Of a stretch of 64,000 bases of DNA, positions 35,500-44,876 are shown piece by piece. This stretch comes from Parcubacteria group bacterium Gr01-1014_20. GTDB taxonomy: Bacteria; Patescibacteriota; Minisyncoccia; UBA6257; 2-01-FULL-56-20. The translations under genes were made by a program, and so were the position numbers. Numbering within the stretch: the stretch's first letter is position 1; the number at the start of each line of letters is the position of its first letter. The notes under the pieces are model-generated. The model was not told the origin of the DNA. It saw nothing but the letters and a program-made list of their open reading frames with translations, and ran no database searches. The stretch lies in contig VMFW01000003.1 in assembly GCA_007376265.1 (NCBI GenBank), forward strand, positions 1,315-65,314, in the 5' to 3' direction.

Positions 35500-36531
35500 A
35501 TGCTTGGTAAAGGATTGGAATCTTTAATACCACCCAACCAGAGAAATGGGGGGAGCGATGATCAAGCGCCGGGTGTTCCACCGGTAGATAATTCTGGTCG
35601 CCCAGTTCTCGGTGGGACTAACTTTGGCGGGGAAACTAATCCGAGCGGCTTGGGCTTTTCGAAACCTTTAAGTTCTAAAGACGGTGAAGAAAAAACCTCG
35701 GCGAAAAGATCTGGAACGGCGATTTTTCAGATCGAAATTGAAAAGATAAAACCTAACCCCCATCAGCCTCGCAAAGATTTTGACGAGGCGGCTTTAAGGG
35801 ATTTGGCGGCTTCGATAAGAGAGGTGGGAATTTTGCAACCATTAGTGGTTACGAAAGTCGAAAAGGAAACTCCGACGGGAACCGATGTCGAGTATGTTTT
35901 GATTGCTGGAGAGAGGCGGCTTTTGGCGTCGAAGTTGTTGGGTTTGGAACGCGTGCCGGCAATTGTGAGGCGGGTTGATTTTGAACGTGAGAGGTTGACG
36001 ATGGCGATTGTCGAAAACCTGCAAAGAGAAGATTTGAACCCGGTTGAAACTGCTCGAGCTTTCTCTCGGCTTCAGGATGAATTTGGACTGACACAGAGGG
36101 AGATTGCAACCCGACTAGGTAAGAGTCGGGAGGCGATAGCAAATAGTGTGCGTTTGCTTGATCTGCCGGTTTATATTCAAGCGGCTTTATCGAAGGGGGA
36201 GATCACTGAAACGCACGGCCGGTTGCTCTTGGCTGTTTCTGATCCGGCGGCGCAAAAAAAACTGTTTGACGATCTTTTACTGAATCGTCTAACAACTAGG
36301 GAGCTTAAGGAGCGGGTAAAACCACGAATTGTTCACGGGGCCAGCACCCTCCAGGGCGCAGCTGGTCTGCCTCCAGAGATGAAAATTATGCAAGAAGAGC
36401 TCACCTCTAAGCTTGGAGCGCCGGTTACGATCGAGACGAAGAATCCTTCCGGTAGCGGTAAGATTACAATCACTTTTTTTTCTGAAGAAGAATTAAAGGG
36501 AATTGTAAGTAAGCTTGACGGTTCGAATTAG
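35500..36531 (+). CDS. parB: chromosome partitioning protein ParB/Spo0J
   Basis: ParB box (GERRLLASKLLGLERVPAIVRRVD) and HTH (GLTQREIATRLGKSREAIANSVRLL). Low-complexity N-terminal extension. Confidence 0.9.
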   Translation: MLGKGLESLIPPNQRNGGSDDQAPGVPPVDNSGRPVLGGTNFGGETNPSGLGFSKPLSSKDGEEKTSAKRSGTAIFQIEIEKIKPNPHQPRKDFDEAALRDLAASIREVGILQPLVVTKVEKETPTGTDVEYVLIAGERRLLASKLLGLERVPAIVRRVDFERERLTMAIVENLQREDLNPVETARAFSRLQDEFGLTQREIATRLGKSREAIANSVRLLDLPVYIQAALSKGEITETHGRLLLAVSDPAAQKKLFDDLLLNRLTTRELKERVKPRIVHGASTLQGAAGLPPEMKIMQEELTSKLGAPVTIETKNPSGSGKITITFFSEEELKGIVSKLDGSN

Positions 36532-37997
36532 AAGAATCGAGAGATTAGGTTTTTGTCCTTACTTTTCAGGGTATTTCGGATATTTTCTTTGGCGTTCGGG
36601 GTTTTAACAAAAGCGAGCCACTCAGCTTCGGGTTTCCGGCCTTTTTGAGTGGCAATTTTAACCACGTCGCCGGAGGCGAGCTCGACGTTCAGGGCTTTAG
36701 CTTGACCGTTAATTTTGGCCTTGGTGCAGCTATTGCCGACTTCGGTGTGGATTTTGTAGGCAAAATCGACGGGAGTGGATCCTTTGGGTAGATCGATGAC
36801 GTCTCCCTTGGGAGTGATGACGAAGATGCGATCGTTGAAGAAATCAAATTTCATGGTCTTGATGAAATCGTCACGGCTAGAAATGGGGTTGCCTCTAAAT
36901 TCTTGCCATCGACGAAGCTGTTTCACAAGAAGCACATCTTTCAAGATTTTCTTTAAAGACTTTTTTTCACCATCTTCTTTTCCCGACCGGGTTTTTTCAT
37001 AGAGCCAATGGGAAGCAATACCGTTCTCGTTTTCGTCGTGAATTTTTTTGGTTCGGATTTGGATTTCTAGGTATTTGTTTTCCGGGCCCAAAACAGTCGT
37101 GTGAAGACTGCGATAACTATTGGATTTGGGATTGGCGATATAATCTTTGATCCGGCCGGGGAGGGGTGACCACAGGGAGTGGACGACGCCTAAGACTTCG
37201 TAGCAGTCTTCAATTTCTGGCACTACAACCCGCATAGCTACCAAGTCATAGATCTTGTCGAGGTCCATTTCGTGATTCAAGAGTTTGAAGTAAAGGCTAG
37301 AATAGCGTTTGGCGCGGTAGTCGATGCTTGAAGACTTGATGCCGTTTTTTATTAGGGCTTCGGTGAGGATGGGTTCGACTTGCTTTAGATATTTTTCCCT
37401 GTCTTCGTAACGATCTTGGACAGTTTTTGAAAGCCAAGCATATTTTTCTGGATAGAGATGGGGAAAGCTTAGGTCCTTTAGTTCACCGCTTAAATTTTGC
37501 ATGCCTAGAAGTGAGGCGAGGGGAGCGTAAATTTCGTCGGTTTCTTGGGCGATGATTTTTCTTTTTTCGGCCGGTAGGACGCTCAAGGTTTTCACGTTGT
37601 GAAGACGATTGGCGAGTTTCACAAAAACGATTCTTAGGTCTTGGCTCATGGCCAAGATCATCTTCCTTAAGTTTTCAATTTTGGCTTCGGTGCCACGGTA
37701 CTTTATTAACCCTAGTTTGTTGACTCCGTCGACAAGGAAAGCCACCTCGTCGCCAAATTGAGTTTTTATTTCGGCTAGTCGAACTTTCGTTAATTTCAGA
37801 ACGTCGTGGAGAAGCCCCGCGGCTACGGTTTCTTCATCTAGGTGCCAGTGTTCGAGTACCTCGGCTGTTTCAAGGAGGTGGCTTAAATACGGCTCTCCGG
37901 TTTCTCGGCGTTGACCTTGGTGAGCATTTTCGGCGAAGCGATAGGCTCGGCCGATGAGGCTTTCCGGGTTTCTTAGGGCGAGTTCAAGAACAGGCAT
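36528..37997 (-). CDS. rel: bifunctional (p)ppGpp synthetase/hydrolase, RelA/SpoT family
   Basis: HD hydrolase domain (HLLETAEVL ... LLHDVLK), synthetase domain (DLVAMRVVVPEIEDCYEVLGVVHSLW ... RSLHTTVLGPENKYLEIQIRT) and TGS domain. 489 aa, so no ACT domain. Confidence 0.9.
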   Translation of the reverse strand: MPVLELALRNPESLIGRAYRFAENAHQGQRRETGEPYLSHLLETAEVLEHWHLDEETVAAGLLHDVLKLTKVRLAEIKTQFGDEVAFLVDGVNKLGLIKYRGTEAKIENLRKMILAMSQDLRIVFVKLANRLHNVKTLSVLPAEKRKIIAQETDEIYAPLASLLGMQNLSGELKDLSFPHLYPEKYAWLSKTVQDRYEDREKYLKQVEPILTEALIKNGIKSSSIDYRAKRYSSLYFKLLNHEMDLDKIYDLVAMRVVVPEIEDCYEVLGVVHSLWSPLPGRIKDYIANPKSNSYRSLHTTVLGPENKYLEIQIRTKKIHDENENGIASHWLYEKTRSGKEDGEKKSLKKILKDVLLVKQLRRWQEFRGNPISSRDDFIKTMKFDFFNDRIFVITPKGDVIDLPKGSTPVDFAYKIHTEVGNSCTKAKINGQAKALNVELASGDVVKIATQKGRKPEAEWLAFVKTPNAKENIRNTLKSKDKNLISRFF

Positions 37998-38064
37998 ACT
38001 GACAGTATATGGAGGTGATCCCCAAGGATCAAGACCTTTTGGGTTGGGCTTTTTTAAGGGTTAA

Positions 38065-40152
38065 CTAGCCCTCATCTTCGGGGGAATTAGAGATTTCATC
38101 GTCTTTGTCTGTGGTTTCGGGATTTTCTGGCGACTCTTCTTTCTTTTGTTCGGGATTATCTTTTTTTTCGGTTGGGTTTGTCCAGGAGGCATAGTCGCAG
38201 TCGGGATATCGGCTGCAGCCCCAGAAAATTTTACCTCTGGCTCGGCCCCGTTTATTGACCCGACGCTCGATGACGTCGCCCTCGGCGCACTTAGGGCATT
38301 TCATCCCAACTAATTTTGGACTTTCTTTCGTGGCCTTGGCGTTTTTGCATTCTGGAAATCCAGAACAGGCCATGAATTTTCCGAATCGGCCGAACTTGAT
38401 AACCATTGGCTTTCCGCATTTTTCGCAGACTTCGTCGGTTGTTTCTTCGGCGGGTTTGAATTTAGCAACTTCTTCGTATTTTTTTTCGAGATTTTTGGCA
38501 AAAGGATCATAAAATTCTCTGATGGTTTCTTGCCAGACTTTTCCACCCTCCGCGATTTCATCGAGCTCATTTTCCATCTTGGCAGTAAAATCGATATCGA
38601 CAATCTCTGGGAAATTTTCGGTTAAAACTTTGTTGACTAAGTTGCCAACTTCTGTTGGCTGAAATCGTCCTTGAATTTTTTCAACATAATTTCTGTCTTG
38701 GATCACCGAAATGGTTGGCGCGTAAGTTGAGGGTCGTCCGATACCGTACTTTTCCAGAGTTTTGATGAGACTCGCCTCGTTGTAACGGGGGGGTGGTTCG
38801 GTAAAGTGTTGGATGGGGTTTACGGAAATTAATTTTAGATTTTCGCCGTTTTTTACTTCAGGCAGCTCTTTATCCTCAAGTTTGGCCGGCCAGACTTTGA
38901 GGAATCCGTCAAATTTAACGACACTCCCGTTTGATTGGAGGGTGTATTTTTTGTTTGTGGTTTCGGCCAAGACTTCAATTTTTGTGGCGTCGACTTTGGC
39001 GGCTGGCATTTGAGAAGCTACAAAGCGCCGCCAGATAAGATCGTAGGTTTTTTGCTCGTCCTTTTCGAGAGATCCTTTTGAGGCTCCAAATTCCGATGGC
39101 GAAAAACTTACATGCGTTGGTCGGATGGCTTCATGAGCTTCTTGGGCGAGCTTGGATTTACTCTTATAGCTTTTAGGGCCCTCGGTATATTTTTGGCCGA
39201 AATTTTCTGCGAGCCATGTCGCAGTCGCATCCTGCGACTCTTTAGAAAGATTAGTCGAGTCGGTGCGCATGTAGGTGATGTGACCCTTTTCGTAGAGCGA
39301 TTGGGCCAAGAACATGGTTTTTTTGGCTGAGAATCCGTAGAAGCGCGAAGAGGTTTGCTGGAGGGTGCTTGTGGTAAAAGGGGCTAGAGGATTTTTGTTG
39401 CTTTCGGTTTTTTCAACATTTGTGACTTCGTAGTTTGATTTCTCAAGATCGGATTTGATGTTTTCAGCATCGGTTTGGTTTTTGATGCCGAGTTTTTGAA
39501 CAGTTTCCCCGCCGATTTTTACGAGGTTACTTTCAAGCAGTTGTTTGTTTTTGGTTTCCAGATTGACGGTGACGGTCCAGTATTCGTCGGGTTTAAACTC
39601 CTTTATTTCCGCCTCTCGTTCAGCGATTAGTTTAAGAGCTACTGATTGGACCCTTCCGGCCGAAAGACCTCGCGCGATCTTTTTCCAGAGAAAAGGAGAG
39701 AGTTTGTAGCCAACTAGGCGATCGAGAACCCTCCTCGCTTGTTGGGCATTAATGAGGTTTAAGTCGATGCTTCTTGGGTTTTTGACGGCATTCAAGATGG
39801 CGCTTTTTGTTATTTCGTGGAAGACAATTCTTTTAATGGATTCTTTGGCTCTGCCTTCAAGTTTTAGGGCGTGAATCAGGTGCCAAGCAATAGCTTCCCC
39901 TTCACGGTCTTCGTCAGTGGCTAGGATGATTTCCTTGGCTTTTTCGGCTAGTTTTCTAAGGGCGGTAACGTGTTTCTGGTTTTTTCTTGGGATGATGTAT
40001 TGGGGCTCAAAGTTATTTTCGGGATCGATGCCAAGCTTGCTTTTGGGAAGATCGCGAACATGACCAAAAGAAGACTCGACTTTGTAGTTCGAGCCTAGAA
40101 ACTTACTGATGGTTTTGGCTTTGGTGGGGGATTCGACAATAACTAGATTCAT
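38065..40152 (-). CDS. topA: DNA topoisomerase I
   Basis: TOPRIM N-terminus (LVIVESPTKAKTISKFLG), catalytic Tyr region (ITYMRTDST) and C-terminal Zn-ribbon repeats (CEKCGKPM ... CPKCAEGD). Confidence 0.95.
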   Translation of the reverse strand: MNLVIVESPTKAKTISKFLGSNYKVESSFGHVRDLPKSKLGIDPENNFEPQYIIPRKNQKHVTALRKLAEKAKEIILATDEDREGEAIAWHLIHALKLEGRAKESIKRIVFHEITKSAILNAVKNPRSIDLNLINAQQARRVLDRLVGYKLSPFLWKKIARGLSAGRVQSVALKLIAEREAEIKEFKPDEYWTVTVNLETKNKQLLESNLVKIGGETVQKLGIKNQTDAENIKSDLEKSNYEVTNVEKTESNKNPLAPFTTSTLQQTSSRFYGFSAKKTMFLAQSLYEKGHITYMRTDSTNLSKESQDATATWLAENFGQKYTEGPKSYKSKSKLAQEAHEAIRPTHVSFSPSEFGASKGSLEKDEQKTYDLIWRRFVASQMPAAKVDATKIEVLAETTNKKYTLQSNGSVVKFDGFLKVWPAKLEDKELPEVKNGENLKLISVNPIQHFTEPPPRYNEASLIKTLEKYGIGRPSTYAPTISVIQDRNYVEKIQGRFQPTEVGNLVNKVLTENFPEIVDIDFTAKMENELDEIAEGGKVWQETIREFYDPFAKNLEKKYEEVAKFKPAEETTDEVCEKCGKPMVIKFGRFGKFMACSGFPECKNAKATKESPKLVGMKCPKCAEGDVIERRVNKRGRARGKIFWGCSRYPDCDYASWTNPTEKKDNPEQKKEESPENPETTDKDDEISNSPEDEG

Positions 40153-40259
40153 CCCGTTAGAAAATTAAACCTTGCATTGGTTTGACAAACCGACGCCATT
40201 TTTCGCGCTAATAGGTTTTTAATGAGTAAGTTTTTCTCTAGCTTTCTAACGGGATTCAT

Positions 40260-41315
40260 TTACGAGCTATAAATAGTGTAACCTAGATCGGTTTCTTTAA
40301 TAAACTTTTTTATTAATAGTAGGCTCACGAGCTGGTTGGTAGTTTTGGCATTAAGATTAGTGAGTTCGATGATCTTGTCAATAGTGAGGGTTCCGCCACT
40401 CGCTTGAATGGCGCTTACAATTCGCATCTCTTCGTCGGATAAAAGTGAGAGTTCGCTCGAGGTTTTGGTTGGATTGTACTTTCCGATGAGGTCCTCGATT
40501 ATTTCCTCGGGACGGGTGACTAGAATGGCACCATCGCGGATGAGAGCGTGGGAACCTCGATAGTTGGGGTGGTTGATTGATCCTGGAATAACGTATACGG
40601 TTCGGCCAGCTTCGGCGGCAAATTTGGCCGTGACTAGTGAGCCCGATTTTTCCGGAGCCTCGATAACAAGGGTGGCATCTGCGAGGCCGCTCACGATTCG
40701 GTTTCTTTCTAAAAAGCGATAGGGAAGAGCTGGGGCGCCGACTGGATATTCTGAGATAACGAAACCTCCGGCTTCGATGATTTTTTTTGCCACTTTTTCG
40801 TTTAGTTTTGGGTAAATTGTGTCGAGACCAGTAGCTACAACGGCGATGGTTTGACCCCTCGCCTCAATGGTGCCTAGATGGGCTTCGGTGTCGATGCCGA
40901 TCGCAAGGCCGCTTACGATTTGGATTTTGAGGGTGGCTAGATTTAGTGAAAAATTTCTGGCTATCTCTCGCCCGTTTTCAGTGGCTTTTCGAGTGCCGAC
41001 GATGGCAACCGACCCACTCTTTGGGATCGCCACCTTTTCTTTTCCCAACACATAAATTCCGAAAGGCGGGGATTGGGTTTCCCTGAGCAGAAACGGATAT
41101 TCTGGCTCACTTTCTAGGACCAGTTCGATTTTGTGTCTCTCTAGTTTTTCCCACTCTCTCCTTGGGTCAATTTTGGATTCAAATAGGGTGTTAGTTTTTT
41201 GCCAGGCATTTTCCCAGGATTGGTGTTTTTTGAGTAGGGACGAAAGTTTGGCGTAATTGCTATCGCTCGCGATGTTTAGGGCGTTGTAGAAGATTTTTTC
41301 ATTCATCCATTTCAA
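40260..41315 (-). CDS. dprA: DNA processing protein DprA (Smf)
   Basis: Rossmann-like core (VAIVGTRKATENGREIARNFS ... VSGLAIGIDTEAH ... LVIEAPEKSGSLVTAKFAAEAGRTVYVIPGS). Confidence 0.9.
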   Translation of the reverse strand: MKWMNEKIFYNALNIASDSNYAKLSSLLKKHQSWENAWQKTNTLFESKIDPRREWEKLERHKIELVLESEPEYPFLLRETQSPPFGIYVLGKEKVAIPKSGSVAIVGTRKATENGREIARNFSLNLATLKIQIVSGLAIGIDTEAHLGTIEARGQTIAVVATGLDTIYPKLNEKVAKKIIEAGGFVISEYPVGAPALPYRFLERNRIVSGLADATLVIEAPEKSGSLVTAKFAAEAGRTVYVIPGSINHPNYRGSHALIRDGAILVTRPEEIIEDLIGKYNPTKTSSELSLLSDEEMRIVSAIQASGGTLTIDKIIELTNLNAKTTNQLVSLLLIKKFIKETDLGYTIYSS

Positions 41316-41366
41316 GAATAGTTTAATCGTAACCCATCGGCAAGGTGTGTTATAATTCTCTGGGTA

Positions 41367-41888
41367 ATGGGTAAAAAGTTAAAGATCAGTCTGATTGCCA
41401 TTGGAGTGAGCCTCGCTCTGTTTGCGGTCGTTTTTTTCTGGTTTGATAGTCAGATCCGCGAGCTTGCTACTGTCATAATTCATAAGAGGGGGATAATTAG
41501 CCAGCAGTCTACGCTGAATGAAGTTCTGGCGGCCCTAAAGACAGATTTACCTTTGGCTAAGAGTTACGAAAGTGCAATTGATACGCTTGTGCCACCCAAG
41601 GACCAGCTTTTCTTTGGTTTGCCGAGTTGGATGGACAGCCAGGAGCGGCTTTACGGCGTGAGTGCCAGCTTGAGTTTTGAGGGGAAAGAGGTTGAAGCGA
41701 CAGAAGATACTTTGGGTCGGGTTGGTTTTTTAATGAATGTGACGGGACCACTTGAAAGCGCCTTAACATTTCTTAGGGAAATCGAAACCAGGTCGCCTAG
41801 GTTTTTGATGAGTTTTGATTCCGTGGAGATAGCTAAGACAGACGAAAGTTATAAACTCGCGGTTAGTGGCTACGCTTTTTTTAAGTAA
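41367..41888 (+). CDS. hypothetical membrane-anchored protein, possibly PilO-like pilus assembly component
   Basis: N-terminal TM segment, then periplasmic/extracellular domain. Location is between dprA and the pilus genes. The homology call is weak. Confidence 0.35.
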   Translation: MGKKLKISLIAIGVSLALFAVVFFWFDSQIRELATVIIHKRGIISQQSTLNEVLAALKTDLPLAKSYESAIDTLVPPKDQLFFGLPSWMDSQERLYGVSASLSFEGKEVEATEDTLGRVGFLMNVTGPLESALTFLREIETRSPRFLMSFDSVEIAKTDESYKLAVSGYAFFK

Positions 41889-41895
41889 ATTTTAA

Positions 41896-42102
41896 ATGAA
41901 ACGGTTTTTTAATATTCACTACGAGAAATTCTTGCTCTCCACCTCTTTCCTGTTTTTGGGGCTGGTTCTCGTGTTTTTTATTTGGGGCGCGCGAAGCTTG
42001 ATTGTGTCAATTGGCCAGGCGCTAAATTTTCAGAACACCAATCAGCAAGATGTTAAATTTGATGTAGAGGGCGCGAAACGTCTGAATCTGGTTTCGAATT
42101 AG
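41896..42102 (+). CDS. small hypothetical membrane protein
   Basis: 68 aa, one TM segment. It directly follows the previous gene. Confidence 0.3.
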   Translation: MKRFFNIHYEKFLLSTSFLFLGLVLVFFIWGARSLIVSIGQALNFQNTNQQDVKFDVEGAKRLNLVSN

Positions 42103-42228
42103 AAATTTGATTTTTTGGTCTTTTTGGTTTTAAATGTTTTTGTCGGTAGACAATGGTTTGGCAATGAGGGGTAGGGGTTTGTGGGTTTAGTAGGCGGAGT
42201 GTTCGCTTAGCCTTTGTAGGGTGTAGAT

Positions 42229-42300
42229 GCGCGGTTAGCTCAGTGGTAGAGCGCTTCGTTGACATCGAAGAGGTCAGAAGTCCGATCCTTCTACCGCGCA
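42229..42300 (+). tRNA. tRNA-Val (anticodon GAC)
   Basis: GCGCGGT TAGCTCAGTGGTAGAGCG CTTCG TTGACAT CGAAG AGGTC AGAAG TCCGATC CTTCT ACCGCGC A. Confidence 0.8.
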
Positions 42301-42371
42301 CAGGGGTGAGAGGGGTAGCTTGGAGTTATAGACGAAAGCGTCAGAGTGGTATCACAATACTAAAATTTGGG

Positions 42372-42470
42372 TGACTAGTTCAACTCCGACGCTCAATGAG
42401 AATGAGGTCGGAGTTCCGACTGAAACGTCGGAATGGTAGAACGCTGTCCCTTGATCAAGCAAGCTTGATC
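42372..42470 (+). pseudogene. tRNA-Ile 5'-half pseudo-copy with a ~45-nt insertion in the D-loop
   Basis: GGGTGACTAGTTCAAC [TCCGACGCTCAATGAGAATGAGGTCGGAGTTCCGACTGAAACGTCGG] AATGGTAGAACGCTGTCCC then TTGATCAAGCAAGCTTGATCC. The flanks match the first ~35 nt of the downstream tRNA-Ile. No anticodon or T-arm, and no acceptor 3' strand. Confidence 0.5.
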
Positions 42471-42505
42471 CAAAGAGAGCGTGCTCGTTAAAAATGAAAA
42501 TGTAT

Positions 42506-42577
42506 GGGTGGCTAGTTCAGTGGTAGAACGCTGTCCTGATAAGACAGAGGTCATAGGTTCGATTCCTATGCCACCCA
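42506..42577 (+). tRNA. tRNA-Ile (anticodon GAT)
   Basis: GGGTGGC TAGTTCAGTGGTAGAACG CTGTC CTGATAA GACAG AGGTC ATAGG TTCGATT CCTAT GCCACCC A. Confidence 0.85.
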
Positions 42578-42602
42578 CAACCTAAAAAATGAATTCTGGA
42601 AC

Positions 42603-43382
42603 ATGAAGCATGAAATTGATGAAAAGACTCAAATTGTGGCGCCTAGGGTGGTTTACGAAGAGCGAGATTTTCTGGTTATAAATAAGCCGTCCGGCTTGCT
42701 TGTTCACAAGACAACCAAATCTTCGAGCGAGGCGACGTTGGTTGATTGGCTCCTTATGAACTATCCCGAAGTCAGAAATGTCGGTGATAACAAAGAGTTT
42801 CGCCCAGGGATTGTTCATCGATTAGACAAAGCAACTTCGGGAGTAATGATCGTTCCCCGAAACCAGGAATATTTTGAGTATATAAAAAATCTTTTTAGGG
42901 AGAAGGGGGTAAAGAAGACTTACTTAGCGCTCGTTTACGGAAAGCCGAAAGATAAAATAGGGGTGATCGATAAGCCGATAGGTTTGAAGCCGGGGTCTAT
43001 AAAGAGAACTGTTTTTGGTGGGAAGATGAAAAAAGAAGCGGTGACGGAATACAAACTTGTATCATGTATCATGTATCATGTATCAAACGAAAAGAAAAAA
43101 GAAAAACCCACACAAGAAATCTCTCTTTTGGAAGTAACGCCGAAGACGGGGAGGACGCATCAGATTCGGGTACATTTGGCGAGTGTCGGATGTCCGGTTT
43201 TGAACGATTCAATTTATGCTCCGAAGAGAGAAAAAGTCGGGACGGGAAGGTTGATGCTCCACGCGCTCACGATTGAGTTTATCCAAAAGAACGGAAGGGG
43301 AATGAGGTTTGAGGCTGATCCGCCGAAAGAGTTTGGAGAAATAATTAGGGGGCTAGAGAGTGGTAGAAGCCATAAAGGCTAA
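42603..43382 (+). CDS. RluA-family pseudouridine synthase
   Basis: FLVINKPSGLLVHKT ... GIVHRLDKATSGVMIV (catalytic Asp motif) ... KTYLALVYG. Contains a 7-nt tandem repeat (gtatcat, ~3.6 copies) in frame at 43064-43090. Confidence 0.8.
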   Translation: MKHEIDEKTQIVAPRVVYEERDFLVINKPSGLLVHKTTKSSSEATLVDWLLMNYPEVRNVGDNKEFRPGIVHRLDKATSGVMIVPRNQEYFEYIKNLFREKGVKKTYLALVYGKPKDKIGVIDKPIGLKPGSIKRTVFGGKMKKEAVTEYKLVSCIMYHVSNEKKKEKPTQEISLLEVTPKTGRTHQIRVHLASVGCPVLNDSIYAPKREKVGTGRLMLHALTIEFIQKNGRGMRFEADPPKEFGEIIRGLESGRSHKG

Positions 43383-43481
43383 AATCGAAATTGAGAGTTA
43401 TCCACAGTGGGGCAACTTAACAGAAGTGGACGTGATATAATTAGTTTAATCTTTCGAAAAGGTCGAATTTAAAGAAAAAAT

Positions 43482-44150
43482 TTGATGCAAAGTAAACAAG
43501 TAAAGGGTTTTACCCTGATCGAGCTTTTGATTGTTATCGGTATCATCGCGATTCTGGCCACGGTTGTGATTTTGACTTTAAATCCGGCCGAGCTTTTAAG
43601 GCAAGCACGGGACTCTACTAGGGCGTCAGACTTCTCGACTCTTAAGAGCGCTATTTCGCTTTACGCGGCGGATGTGAGTAATCCAGCCTTTGGAACTAGC
43701 AGTAGAATTGCAGGTCCTGGTGGCTGGTGTTATATCTCTGTCACTAGCGCTCAGGCCAGTCAGGCCAGTTGGGCTACTTCGACGACCAGCTGTAATGGTC
43801 GGGCTTCTTCTACTCTGATTTTAGTGGTTGCCAGCACAACCGAAGGCGCTAAGAGGGGTGTGGATGGTACGGGTTGGATCCCAGTCAACTTTAATACTAT
43901 AAGCTCGGGTGCGCCTCTTTCGGCCTTACCAGTTGACCCAGTGACTCCGAATACTGGTGGTGCTACTGCTGGACAGACAAGCGATGACCGCTATTACGTC
44001 TATCTAACCGATGGAGTCGGGGGATTTGAAGTTAACGCGGTTTTGGAGAGTCTTAAGTATGCCAGTAGCTCTGAAAATGACGGTGGGTCGCACAATGCCC
44101 CGCCATACCTGCTCTACGAGGTCGGAACCGATCCTGGTTTAGACTTATAG
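43482..44150 (+). CDS. type IV pilin (prepilin with class III signal), likely major pilin
   Basis: MMQSKQVKGFTLIELLIVIGIIAILATVVIL has the G/FTLIE cleavage motif with Glu+5. Ser/Thr/Gly-rich C-terminal region. Strong extended -10 promoter (tgatataat) upstream. Confidence 0.85.
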   Translation: MMQSKQVKGFTLIELLIVIGIIAILATVVILTLNPAELLRQARDSTRASDFSTLKSAISLYAADVSNPAFGTSSRIAGPGGWCYISVTSAQASQASWATSTTSCNGRASSTLILVVASTTEGAKRGVDGTGWIPVNFNTISSGAPLSALPVDPVTPNTGGATAGQTSDDRYYVYLTDGVGGFEVNAVLESLKYASSSENDGGSHNAPPYLLYEVGTDPGLDL

Positions 44151-44163
44151 CTTAGTTAGTCAT

Positions 44164-44826
44164 ATGCCAATAACAGATAAGTTTGCTCTTATCGTTTTGG
44201 TTGTAACATTGGGGGCGCAGATTCTATATCGGCGCTCCCTTTGCGTTTCGGAGGGGTGGGTAAAAAAGTTATTTGCCAAGTTTTTGTTTTCTACGGTAAT
44301 AAAGTTTTTGTGGATTGCGAGTTTCGTTTTTATCACTTCCGTTTTGACTTATTGGAGTTGGTTGCAGTATGAGGTTTGGCAGGTGAACCCAATCATGAAG
44401 TATGCCCTGCCACCCCACCAGGGTTTATATTACTTTTTTTCGTACATGGGGGTGAGATTTTTGGGGCCGTGGATCCTGGCTTTTCTGGCAGCACTACTTG
44501 TGAGTCGGCTGGCGAAGAAACTGAACAAGAGGTTTGAAGATAGGTTTTTTGAAAATGAAGAGATTGAGCTCATGACTCTCGGGATATTTTTAACGGGGTA
44601 CCCCGGTTTTTTTGTTTACTGGTTTTTAATCTTGGGCGTTGGTTCTCTTGCGTCCGTGGTTTACACTCTTTTTTCGAAAGGAAGAATGCCTTTTTACTAT
44701 CTTTGGATACCGCTCGCCCTATCTGCTATCATTATTGAGAACTGGCTGATTCCGAAGTTGGGTTTGGCTGATATTTTAGGCGCGTTTTCACTGGGGGATT
44801 TTGTGAAAGATTTTTTTGGTTTTTAA
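44164..44826 (+). CDS. polytopic membrane protein; possible prepilin peptidase-like, by position only
   Basis: 220 aa with ~6 TM segments, directly between the pilin and pilB. No CxxC zinc domain, and I could not confirm the A24 catalytic aspartates. Confidence 0.3.
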   Translation: MPITDKFALIVLVVTLGAQILYRRSLCVSEGWVKKLFAKFLFSTVIKFLWIASFVFITSVLTYWSWLQYEVWQVNPIMKYALPPHQGLYYFFSYMGVRFLGPWILAFLAALLVSRLAKKLNKRFEDRFFENEEIELMTLGIFLTGYPGFFVYWFLILGVGSLASVVYTLFSKGRMPFYYLWIPLALSAIIIENWLIPKLGLADILGAFSLGDFVKDFFGF

Positions 44827-44876
44827 CCGTTTTAGGGATTACTAATTTAGGTACGAATATATACCAATTTACTTGG

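Noticed and set aside
42393-42578. 61-aa minus-strand ORF across the tRNA cluster
   Set aside because: Its translation (GIGIEPMTS...QRSTTELA) is the signature of reading through tRNA T- and D-arms.
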